Source: Podarcis cretensis (taxonomy: Eukaryota). From it: 64,000 bases of DNA. Numbering within the stretch: the stretch's first letter is position 1; the number at the start of each line of letters is the position of its first letter. The translations under genes and the position numbers were made by a program. The stretch covers positions 7,068,001-7,132,000 of the forward strand of contig OX638158.1 of the NCBI GenBank assembly GCA_951804945.1, written 5' to 3'. Positions 13,210 to 24,612 of this stretch are shown one piece after another. The notes below the pieces were generated by a model. The model saw nothing but the letters and a program-made list of their open reading frames with translations, was not told the DNA's origin and did no database searches.

Positions 13210-14258
13210 CAGTGGTACCTCGGGTTAAGTACTTAATTTGTTCCGGAGGTCCGTTCTTAACCTGAAACTGTTCTTAACCTGAAGCACCACTTTAGCTAAT
13301 GGGGCCTCCTGCTGCTGCCATGCCACCGGAGTACGATTTCTGTTCTCATCCTGAAGCAAAGTTCTTAACCCGAGGTACTATTTCTGGGTTAGCGGACTGA
13401 CCAGTCTGTAACCTGAAGCGTATGTGTCAGAGCTGCCTCTAGGTCCCAGCTCACAGAGGACCAACGCTAGGCTGTCATAATGTACAAAAGTCTTTATTGA
13501 AGTTCAATTTCCATTTCAAAGCCGCAGCGCGCAGCCCTACGTCTTAAACCCTAGATCGGCGAAGTCCCGTCTGAGTCTCCTCCCCTCTGACACCAGTTTA
13601 AGATCCTAGCCCTGCTCCACCTTTTCCGCTGCTCTCTTCTCCTCTGGGTCCTCCTGCCCGCTGGGGCATTCCCCTTTCTGGACTCCTCTGACGCTGAGTC
13701 GCTTAGCTCCTCCCCCTGCCTCCGGCGGGCTTTAGGACCCGGTTCCCAATCCTCATTCTCTGCTGTCCCACGCTCCTGTACATTTGAACTTGCCTCTCGC
13801 GCCAACCCAGTGACCTTCCTCCTGACCGTTACACTACTTCTGTCACTGCTTCCCTCTTCCGGGATACTGGCCGGATCTGACCTCCCCTCCGTTGTCTGAC
13901 TCTCCGATGGAGGCGTGGTCAGCCCTGACTCCTCTCCTCTCCCTGCTGGGGGAGACGCTACTCCCGATACCTGTGACTCTTCCCCCCCACTATGCCCTGG
14001 TGGGGAAGCTGGTCCTGATTTCCAACTGCTGCTCTGGGAGTCCCTGCTGGCCCCTTGCTTCTGGGGTGTCCCCCTTGGGACCCCCCTTGCCCTGGCCACC
14101 GGCGCCCCCTTCTGTGAATCTTCCGATTCGCTGGAGAGGCTCATGGAATCCCTCGGTCCACTGTCCTCTTCTCCTACGCTCCCCTCGGATTCTTCCCCTT
14201 CGCTCTCCATCTCCTCTCTTCCCTGTGCCTCTGCTCCTGAGCCCCTGAGGTACCACTG
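13210..14258. mobile_element. MITE family A interrupted by a solo LTR
   Basis: MITE body 13210-13424; terminal ggtaccactg at 14249-14258. Confidence 0.85.
13425..14248 (-). mobile_element. Solo LTR (~820 bp) of a more distant Gypsy family, nested in a MITE
   Basis: Begins tgtcag and ends cccctga (terminal CA and TSD apparently lost by a cctga microhomology deletion). Splits a MITE. AATAAA on minus near 13493-13498. Carries a long acidic/Ser/Arg ORF. Confidence 0.75.
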
Positions 14259-15311
14259 TAATGCCAATTGGCTCTCTGCTATTTGTTAGAACCAACACTG
14301 GAGCTGGCCAGAAAAGGGTTTGATCTCATTCCATAAAACAGGAAGTTACCAATCTGTAGCAGACTTAGAAAAACGGTTAATTCTGGCCTCCTTGTTATGT
14401 GTCCAGGAAACTGTAACCTTCCTTGTAACTGTGCATTACCACAGGCAAAATCTGAACCACGCTGGTATAAGTAATGTCTGTGGCTTCAATATGGCCATTA
14501 CTGAGATGGCTGAGTTAGCTAGTTGTACTGGTCAGTCCAGAAAGCTCCAAGGGGGCCTATGGATGGAACATCACATTTGACATTACACATACCTTTTTCA
14601 AGAACCAAGAGCAACACTTGTGTGACCTTAGAGATAAGTCTCCTAATCTGCTCAGAATCTTGGCCACGTGCAGGTGCCTTTGCTCCAGCATGCGATGTTA
14701 GGATTTTCATCCAAATGACTCCACAAGGAACATCAATATGTGTTTAAATTGACTGTAAGAAATCGTTATCCTTTTTCACTGCCACTGGAGCACACAGAAT
14801 AAATTTAATCTGCTATTGCAGGGCCACAGATTGTATCTGGAGTGTACAGCAAAAACTCTCCCAACAAGTGTAAGCAATTTGCAATTGAATGCATAGCTTA
14901 GATTTACAGTACATGCCTCATCCAAGCAGGGGTGCTTCTTTTGCCAATCAGTGCATTCCTATAACATGTTATTAACCTACAAGGTGACATCCTATTCAAC
15001 AGGACCTAATATTTGTCCCAAAACAGCTTTGAGGAGCTGTTTCAAGATCCACACTTTATCCTGGCAACCCCTGTGTAAAGAAGACTCATTCTGAAGATCA
15101 TTCTACAGAGATTTAGTTAAAATGCTGACAGACTTATGTGGATAAAACTATGCTAAGGATTTTCACCTCCTTGAATCAGAAGATATGACTGCAAAGGCAG
15201 CTTGGAGTAATTCATCCAGGATGCACTTTATCAAAGATGGCAAGAAAGAAGGTTCAATTGATATACCTGATTTTCTATTTCCAAAGTGAAACCCACACAT
15301 TAACTACTACA

Positions 15312-15460
15312 TTGGATAGCCCAGTCAGTAGTAGAGCATGAGACTCTTAATCTCAGGATTGTAGGTTCGAGACCCACGCAGGGCAAATGATTCCTGCATT
15401 GTAGGAGGTTGGACTAGATGATCCACGAGGTTCCTTCCAACTCTACAATTCTATGATTCT
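15312..15460 (+). mobile_element. tRNA-Lys-derived SINE with CR1 tail (POM/Squam2-like)
   Basis: gtagagcatgagactcttaatctcagg (CTT anticodon arm) + gttcga, followed by CR1-type ccttccaactct...attctatgattcta tail. Confidence 0.8.
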
Positions 15461-17377
15461 ATTTAAGTGCCTCAATAAAGTAATACATCTGAAATCATTC
15501 CTTATAGATTGGGGGGGGGCTGATGTTGCACAATTAAGGTTGGAATTCTACAAACACATGGACACTGAAGTTTAATTACTCACTCTCTTTGCCACAATAT
15601 TTTTCCATGCAATATTTCATTTCTAAAAGTGAATTGTTGCATAAAAATTACCGCAATCAGTAACATGCTGAAACAACTCTATGGCCCCAAACCTGATGCC
15701 AAGTGGTAGTGGTAGTAGGGAATGACTTTGTGGGTCAAACTGGAAGCCAGGCTAAGCCTAATTTCATCCACAATCTAACAGTTCCCAACTCCTAGTTTAA
15801 AGCATTTTAAAGTACTGTATTCCCAAAAACTAAATTTCCAGATAAAGCTTTGATTGAAATAGCAATTAAACCACTTTAAGTGACCCCCCCCCACATCAAA
15901 TACTTCAGTTTAGCCTATAAAGTCATGTAAGCCTGCTAAATCAGATTAGGCCCTATTGAAATTTCAAGGACACAGGAAAGAAATTTGGAAAAACTCCACA
16001 ACACATGCCACAGAAAGCCTTGAATGTGGAACTTATGCCATAACGTAAACTATGTCTCCTAGTGCAAATTTATAACATCCTAATCATATTAAAATTGCAT
16101 AAGCATGTTTAAGAATAAGCATCTTGATCACATGACATCACTTTTTGGCAAACCAGGCCCATCTGCAGAAATAATGTTTAAACAGTTATCACACAACTAT
16201 AAATGGGACAAAATAAATGGGGGAAGGCAACAGAATCATTGGTTCATTAATCAATTTTTGATCAAATAGAATTCAGCCCTGATTCAAGTAGCAGATTTTA
16301 AAAACATATTAATAGATGAATCTGAATATATGTACTTGCCAAAAGCCACGAAAAGAAGGGGCCATCATAGAAGGCTCCATTTTTTTCTTATTTATACCTC
16401 TATAAGTAAATAGCAATTAAAAAGAAAAGTTAGAAAGCTAAGAATTCAGGAAGGAACCTAGAATCTCTGAATAGGATTTGAACAGCATATGACAGCACAG
16501 GTTGAGAAGCCTCTCATTCCCCACAACCCAAGACAAGCAGCAGCCAAAATGCACTCATTCCATTTTAAGCAATAAAGCTGTATGTGGCCCCAAATTATGA
16601 GAGCCTATTCAACAACAGGACACCCTGGCTGGAAGGAAAAGACATCACTACCAATAAAGGTAAGCTATCATGAGTAGCTCGCAAGGGAGAATAATTCCAA
16701 GTGTGCACCGCCATTTATCACTTTGGCAGCTAATGCGAGTGGGAAACGCAATTTTTCTAACAGGGTATCAGACATGTGACATTCTGATTAAACGGCAAGG
16801 AAATGCAGCACCAAATCACTGTAATAAAGTGAGATCATCCATTTATTGTGTCCCAGCTAATCATTTGTAAATCTGCTGGTTCATTTTTTACGGCCCTTTG
16901 TGAGCAATAGGGGAAGGCTGGGAATATTATGCTTAAGGGAGGAGAATGATTTATCTATTTACCAACCTGCTGGGAAGCTTTATCTGATTTGGATAATACA
17001 AATGTTCCATATGCAGAAGCCCTTCCGCAGTTTAAGGCAAGAGGGCAAATATGCTGACACAGATTAAACCTGTGACAACAAAATCAGTTGTCCAGATTCC
17101 GGCTGCTTTCACCTTTGTTGCCCTCCCCCATCTCTTCTGCTGCTTACAAGTCACTTTAATTAGGGTGTTTTGTTAATTTTTCTTCAGAGACCCATCCAGT
17201 AACGATGTTTCAGACTAAAAACATAAGAAGAGCCTGCTGGATCAGGCCAGCAGCTGATCTGTTCAAGTACCCTATCCTCATTATGGCCCAACAAGGCACC
17301 TCTGAGAAACCCGTAAGCACAAGAGCCCTCTCCCGTCCTGTGGTTTCCAGCAACTGGTATAAAGAAACGTTCCTGCC

Positions 17378-17646
17378 TCCAGAGAAGCGGACACGGAGCA
17401 ATGGTTCCAAACTACAAGAAAGAAGATTCCACCTAAACATTAGGAAGAACTTCCTGACAGTAAGAGCTGTTCGACAGTGGAATTTGCTGCCAAGGAGTGT
17501 GGCAGAGTCTCCTTCTTTGGAGGTCTTTAAGCAGAGGCTTGACAACCATATGTCAGGAGTGCTCTGATGGTGTTTGCTGCTTGGCAGGGGGTTGGACTCG
17601 ATGGCCCTTGTGGTCTCTTCCAACTCTATGATTCTATGATTCTATG
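17378..17646 (+). mobile_element. Young CR1 LINE 3' end, nested in an older CR1 tail
   Basis: [32 protein letters not shown]...[10 protein letters not shown] followed by (ATTCTATG)n tail. Confidence 0.92.
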
Positions 17647-17939
17647 TGGAGGAAGAATAGTCATCATGGCCAGTAGCCATTGACAGCCTGAATTTGGCCA
17701 GAGAGAAGTAACTGAATTTAATTAGGAAAAGTTCTAAGTAAGTGAAATCACTGGGGCCAAGGCAACAGACTGAAAGGTAAAGAGATGTAACAAAAACAAA
17801 CAGATCGAAACAGTGCCCTGGATCATGATGATGATGATGATCATATCCTGGGTATTTTTTTGAAACATTTAAACCTCCTGAGATGCAGCACAACTTCCAT
17901 TACAATGACAATTAATAGTGTTTGGCCAACTCTTTCCAG

Positions 17940-19410
17940 CTCACTATTTCACGGATGCTTACCAAGATTGGTTGGCATCTGTCTATCTTGGGAGACAGTG
18001 AAAGAGTGTGACTTCAGGTGTAAAGTCAAACCATTGGAGAGTTACAGCATCTGCTGCAGCTGTAGAGGCTGATAAGGGAGAGAAATGTTTTGTTGCAGCT
18101 GGGGAAGATGAAGGCATCTGGTTGTGCTGATGCAGGTGCACCATGGCATTTCCTCTCTCTGAGCTCTTCCCAGCGGTCATTCCTCCTCTAGTCACTGCTA
18201 TGGACACACGTCTTGACTGGCCGTCTCCAGGCAATGCGTTTGTCTGTAAGGCTGATGTTGCCAGCCTTCATGTCATGTTTGCAGACATCTTTGTAACACA
18301 GAGCTGGTCTGCCAATGGGCCTGGGTGCCTGAAGCCAGCTCCCTATAGAGAATGTCCTTGGGGATCCAGCCATCTTCCATTCTGTAGACATGACCCACCC
18401 AGCTTAGACAATCACTGAGACAGCAGTGTGAACATGCTGGGAAGATGGGCTTTGGAAAGCACATCTTTGTTTGAGACTCTGTCCTGTCATGTGATGCCCA
18501 AAATCTTCCTGACACAGGGCACATGGAAGGCGTTGAGGTGTTGCTCCTGGCTGGTGTAAGCCGCCCACGTCTCACTACCATAAAGCAGTGTGGTCAACAC
18601 GCAAGCCTGGTACACCTTCATCTTGGTATTGGATGTTAGCATTACATTCTCCCATATCCTTTTGGAGACGTGAGACGTTGCCGTAGCTGCCTTGCCAATA
18701 CACTTGTCCAACTTAGCGTTGATGGAATGGTTGCTGGTTACGGTGGAGCCCAGGGTCTACCACTTCAAGTATGTGGCCACCAATGCTGATGCACGGAGTG
18801 TTGGTGATGTCCTCATCCAGGAAGCCAGTCTTCCTCAGGCTGATGGTAAGGCCAAACTCTATGCAGCCTTGCAAGATTCTGTAGAGCTTCCTCATAATGC
18901 GCTGTCAAGACTGCAACATGTGCAAACAGCACCTCCTGGATAAGTACCCACTGCACTTTTGTCCTGGAATGGAGATGTGCCAGATTGAACAGAACCCTGC
19001 ACTTCTTGAACGGGTGTACACACAGTCTTCAGTCAAGCTAAAGGCATATAAGAGCACTGAGAAGAATATGCCAAAGAGAGCTGGGGCAAGAACATAGCCC
19101 TGTTTCACACCACTCTTTATAGGTAAGGCATCCAAGGATGAGCTGCCATACTAGACGGTGGCACACAAGTTATTGTGGAAGAAAACGATCATCTTGTGCA
19201 GCTTAGGTGGGCATCCTATCTCACTGAGCAGTGTGAAGAGTCCTTTTGGCTGGTGAGGTCAAACACCTTCATCAGGTCTATGAAAGTGATGTACAAGGGG
19301 CGTCTCTGCTCTCAGAATTTTCCTGCAGCTGACTCAGTGAAAAAAATCATGTCAACTGTTGACCTCTGAGCTCTAGAGCTGTATTGTGACTTGGGAGAGA
19401 CCCTGCTGCC
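17940..19410 (-). mobile_element. Degenerate RTE-clade LINE
   Basis: Fragments IKSGVKQGYVLAPALF, TKMKVYQACVLTTLLYGSETW and WVGHVYRMEDGWIPKDILY in shifting frames. Ends approximate. Confidence 0.85.
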
Positions 19411-19638
19411 AATAAATTAGGCTGTCCCACCATCTTTCCTGGTAACCCTGGACCTCAAAAGAGCTTTGCAAGTCATTTAATTATACCAGTGACAGCATAC
19501 AGTTCACTTTAATTAACTAATTCCCTACGCACCCATCGCCTTTGGGTGAAACAACATCCAGTGTAGCTCTCATTACAAGCACTGTGATTGTCCTCTCCCA
19601 AAGTTATTTGCCTTAAAAATAACAGTAATATAAATGTT

Positions 19639-19967
19639 CAATAATAATAATAATAAATTTTATTTATATCCCGCCCTCCCCAGCCGAAGCCGGGCTCAGG
19701 GCAGCTAACAACACTAAAACAGTGCAACATAATAAAAACATTATAAAAATTAATTAAAATCAAAATTGATGGCAACCATAAACTAAAGTTTTGTAAAGAT
19801 TGCCAAAGGAGGGAGTCAGGCTGCGCCCTGACCAAAGGCCTGGTGGAATAGCTCTGTCTTGCAGGCCCTGCGGAAAGATGTCAAGTCCTGCAGGGCCCTT
19901 GTCTCTTGTGACAGAGCGTTCCACCAGGTTGGAGCCGCAGCCGAAAAAGCCCTGGCTCTAGTTGAGC
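19639..19967 (-). mobile_element. L2 LINE 3' end
   Basis: RAFSAAAPTWWNAL...FRRACKTELFHQAF; gggcgggatataaataaa + (TAT)n tail. Confidence 0.85.
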
Positions 19968-22456
19968 AGCTATTAAAACACACTGTCAAAAACGCTGAAA
20001 AAACACACTAGGATGTTTCGAGTAAATGGAAAAAACCAAGACTGCTTATACACATCAGATTAAAAAAATGACTGGTTAAAAAAAAAGTGGCTTTATTTTC
20101 GGAAAGCTGAGGCTATAAATCCAGAAAGGATGAGTGAGTCAAGCCAAAGTACAACTTGGTGCTAAATAATTGAACCAACTGCCTGGTCTCCATACTCCCC
20201 TTCCTCATACTCTTCCATTCATTTGTTTACTTCTTCAACACAAACCAGAGTTTGCCAGTACATGTGAACTAGCAAAGTATGTTTCCATCTTGCCTTGTAA
20301 GCCAGGATTACAAACCATGGTTCAAGGCTGGTGTCCCAACATGGTTTGTGGAGCTATGCAAACCACATTTTGCCAGTTCACATACATCAGCAAATGATTT
20401 GCACACAAGAGGAAGAGACTAGTTGACCTGGAGTTAGCAAGTACAAGGCTCATTTCCATCACGCCAAACCATAGTTTGGCCATTCATGTGTGATAATTGT
20501 ACACTGCACCCAATAAGAGGAGGAGAAGAACATGGTTACACATCAGAGCTGAGGAAACTATAAGACACTTGGTTTCGTTTTGAAAAGATGCTAACCTGAG
20601 TTCATTTTATATTACATGTGTGACAATAAGTATATTGTAGAAATGCCTGTTACACATTTCCCTGAAAAATTCTGAGCATTAATGAAGAATAAAGAAGTTC
20701 TGGTGTCCCTCTTTGGGCTTGGTTCCAAACTGACATAAAGGTCTGGTCCCATCTTTGATCAGAGTGAGGTGATCCACTCTTGTGCATTTGAGTTTTTCCT
20801 TATCATCTTTCCCCCACCACCTTTTGACACTAGTGAGACACAGTCTCACTGCACTTCTGACTGTACTCCCTTTTGCCATCTCACTTCACTGCTTTGCTCT
20901 GGTCTATTAGAGAGTTCTTTGGACTTTCTGACCAGCTACAATGAAATATCTATGAATTTATATTGAACAATGCTAAAATGTGATGCAGTTTCAACAGCTA
21001 GCAAATGTAGCATGCTTTGAATTAGAGGGTTGGAGGACGTTTTAGTAGGAACATTAAGTGTAGGGCTGACAATACAGAGATTGATTATATTCTCACTGTT
21101 TTTTTAAAGTAGCTTTGTTTTGTGTTCTTATTCCATTATTAAAATGATTTCTTTGTTCACGTTGCTATAGTATTAGTTCTTCATTTATTCACTGTTCCAC
21201 GATGCTGTTGATTATCACATTGTACTGCCTGGATGGATTTTCTCTTCTGTTCTTGTGTGGTCACATTTACGGTAAGTTCTGTTCCTGAATTAAGCATTGT
21301 GTATCAATAAATCATTTAATTTGCCTCAATTATTACCTTGAGACTGAAATAATTGTCCTTGGTTGAGTGTTACACATTCGAATTGAAACTCTCAGTTAAT
21401 AGTGTGAACCAGCCCACCATGTTGCAGATGATGAAAGTTGATATGAAAGTTATATTCATGGTGTATGGTTTGTGCTGGCTCACTCCTACATGTAAGAAAT
21501 CCCTTGAAAATATGCATGTGTGAACTAAACCATTCTCTGCTGTGTGGGGCAGGGAGAAAGCTGTATATCAGTGTCCTGCAATAGTTCAAAAAAGCAGACT
21601 AGCTGCCACAGCCTTGCCAATTTTATTCCACTCTACAGTTCATATCAACTTTTGCAAACCCAATCCTTGAAGCCAACAACCTTCCTCTGCAATTTAATAG
21701 ATACATTATAATTTCTATAGGCTCCTTGTGAGATAAAGAGTATTTCCTAAATTCCTAAATACCATTCCCCTTTTAGGCCAGAGTAGCTAAAATAATCAAC
21801 ATGAAGGGTCACAATGCTAGAAATTCATCACCGCTTAGAGATTTGGAGGTTTGATAAGTCATATGTAATTCATGTAGGTTGGACAAATATAGCACATACT
21901 GCCAGGGTGGACACAAGATGTTGGGGATTAGAGAGCTAGCAGCCACCTGGAATACAAGAAGAGGTGAGAGAACAATGGCCAAACATGGGGAAGAAGCAAG
22001 ACAGTGATGGGATAATACAAAGTTTCCCTATTTTGGGGAACAAAAACAGCTGCCTGTACAGCTCTGGTGATAGAGATTCAATGGGCATTGTGCCCACATG
22101 GTCAGCTGCCCAGATAGGCTGACAGCAACATGGAAAAGGCCAGGCAAAATCATTTCTCCATCTGCAGTGATGCCGGGAAGTGTAGGTCTCATCACCTCGT
22201 AATCTAATCACCAGCAGCCTAAACATGAATTAGCTCAGACCATCAAAATGACTGAGATTTTATGATCCTAATAAACCCTGACCACAAATGCTGATTAATT
22301 GCTCAATGCCTTGCCTAATTTGTTTTCTGACAGTCAAAGGAGGCTGATAAACTGGAAAACAAGGAGACTTCTCAGACTGGCAAGGGGGGGGGGGAGAACC
22401 TCTTTAAGGAAACAGAATTACACTCTTCTTCAGATTCCAGCTCCAATCTTTGCAGC

Positions 22457-22742
22457 TGAAATATACTCGGAGTCAAGAGTGGATTTCATGCTCTTTATTC
22501 AGCTGATAGTGGTGAGGAGGAATGGAAGTTCCCCCAGGACGTCTGCTTTATACACATTATTTACACAATGGGCCCCACATGATTGGCTAATTCCGGGTTT
22601 CTCTTGTAGGCCAATCAGGTTGTGGATTCACTTCCACCTGGAGCTGGATTGGGTGGCTCCTACGGACCAATCATACTGCTGCATTGTTCTAGGACCAATC
22701 AGACTGCTGCATTTTGGATCCTATTCAACTCAGTACATAACA
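22457..22742 (-). mobile_element. Solo LTR (286 bp)
   Basis: TG...CA ends; near-TSD GCAGC/GCAGT; several CCAAT boxes; TATAAA (~22547-22552) then AATAAA (~22494-22499) in minus-strand order. Confidence 0.7.
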
Positions 22743-22811
22743 GCAGTCAATAAAAGCTCTGGATTATAATGTAAAGAGAATAAAGCTGTGGCTTTGTACA
22801 TTTTTCATGTA

Positions 22812-23041
22812 CGGTAATACCTCCGCAAAAGTCCTCCTTGTATAGCGTCCATTCTGGTGAACGTCTACGGCAAACCTGGAAGTACCGGAATGGGTTACTT
22901 CCGGGTTTGCCGCTCACACATGCGCAGAACCTGATGCAGGTGCACCATGGCGTGTGCAGACGCAGAGCTTTGCCCTGCTTCCTTTTCGGCTAGTGGCCAG
23001 GGCTCCAGAACAGATCCCGGATGCAAAACAAGATACCACTG
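22812..23041. mobile_element. Degenerate Tigger-like MITE
   Basis: TA-flanked imperfect C(A/G)GT..TA termini; internal ccggaa/ttccgg palindromes. Confidence 0.55.
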
Positions 23042-24612
23042 TATGCAGAAAAAATGCAAGTGTGAAATTGAAGTCAAGGAAACCTGTTGCCTGTTAAAAT
23101 TTGAGAGCTACTATACAATACTGGCCTCATTGGCACATAACTCTAAGCCAGACAATGGCTAAGAGTGAACAAGCTGGCACACTGCTGCATGGAGCAAAAG
23201 CTGTGGCTACTTCACTCCTACCCTACATCCACTGCTGTCACACTACCACAAGCTAAGCCATGGTTTGGTTTAACGTTATGTGCTAACCCACATTTGTGGT
23301 TTCTCTCCCCCAAACCACAAGAAGTAAGTCAAGAAGAGTTCCCAAATTGCAACTTGAGTGAATTATGCACACTTGCCATAGTAGTGAACTTTGCAGAATA
23401 TAGTCTTATTTCTTCAAGCAATAAGGAAGGACAAGCACTGAAGGCCCACCCAATGAGCGTTGGAAGTCCTACTTGACCTTTAAGAGTTCATTGGTTAACA
23501 TTTATAATCCCCCTTTATCCCATGAATTCAAGGCTCCATTGTGGCAGATACTGACCGCACAAGACTACTGCAACGTTAAAGGGATGGAAGCGTGCTCTTA
23601 AAAAATAAAGCTGAGTACTGCAACCAGCACTGAATTTCAAGCACAGCATTTTCTGCAGAAAACACACAACCCAGAGAAAGAGTAACAAAGTTGATTCAAT
23701 TGACCAGAACTATTTTTCCCATTACCAGACGAACAGCCCTTTCCCCCTCCACTATAAACCTGTATTTTCCTTTAATACTGCAAACTCTACAGGAAGAAAA
23801 GTATTTCTTACTGCATGCTTGTACAGCCTTGATCTCAGATGAGAGTTGTAGGCACAACAGCAATATAAATGAACTTCAATTTACAAGGACAGAAACAGAC
23901 ACATTTTGATGGAGACTTTTCCCTAAACAAAACAAAGAAGAACTCCATTATTTGTGCTACTCTCCTGAACCTTGAAATTAAAAAAAATCCCTTACTAATT
24001 TAGTCCCTTCCCATTTGATGAACATCTTTCTCTTCCTCCTTGCATCTCTAATGGAGCTTAAAATTAATATGACTTTTGCGTTCAATGCATAGATGGTACA
24101 CTGACGCCCTCGTGATGAGAGAGAGGTTCTACAAATGGACAAAAAAGTTAATCATTTTGTAGCTATGCTGGCTTTTCAAATGAAAAGGAACCAGAGGCTT
24201 CTATTATTATCAATCATTTATATAGCACTCATAATGTGCAAAAAGCTTTTTCCATATTTACTTTCTCATCCTCACTTTTGTAAAAAGGGAAACAGATACT
24301 AGAATAAATAATGGATTGGAATATCTCGCTGACACCATAGGTTGACAACGGGATTTGTTGCATTTTACTGCTTTTTGCTTGCTTTCTGTCTGTTTTTTTT
24401 TTTTGCCTTTGCAATAATGTTTTTATTGCAGAATATGTTAGACTAGCAATGCTACAATTTGTAGAACTTGAATTTAGTTAATATGCACACCACTTTCAGG
24501 CAATAGCCAGCTGCTGAATCATCACTGCAGGGACTCCGAATTTGGTAAGTGGAGAGACAGCCTAAGATGTCTGTTAGTTAAATTGCACCACTATAATATT
24601 CTTCCCTTTATC

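Noticed and set aside
15320-15390. tRNA-Lys(CTT) gene
   Set aside because: Degenerate D/acceptor arms and fused directly to a CR1-type tail, so it is a SINE head.
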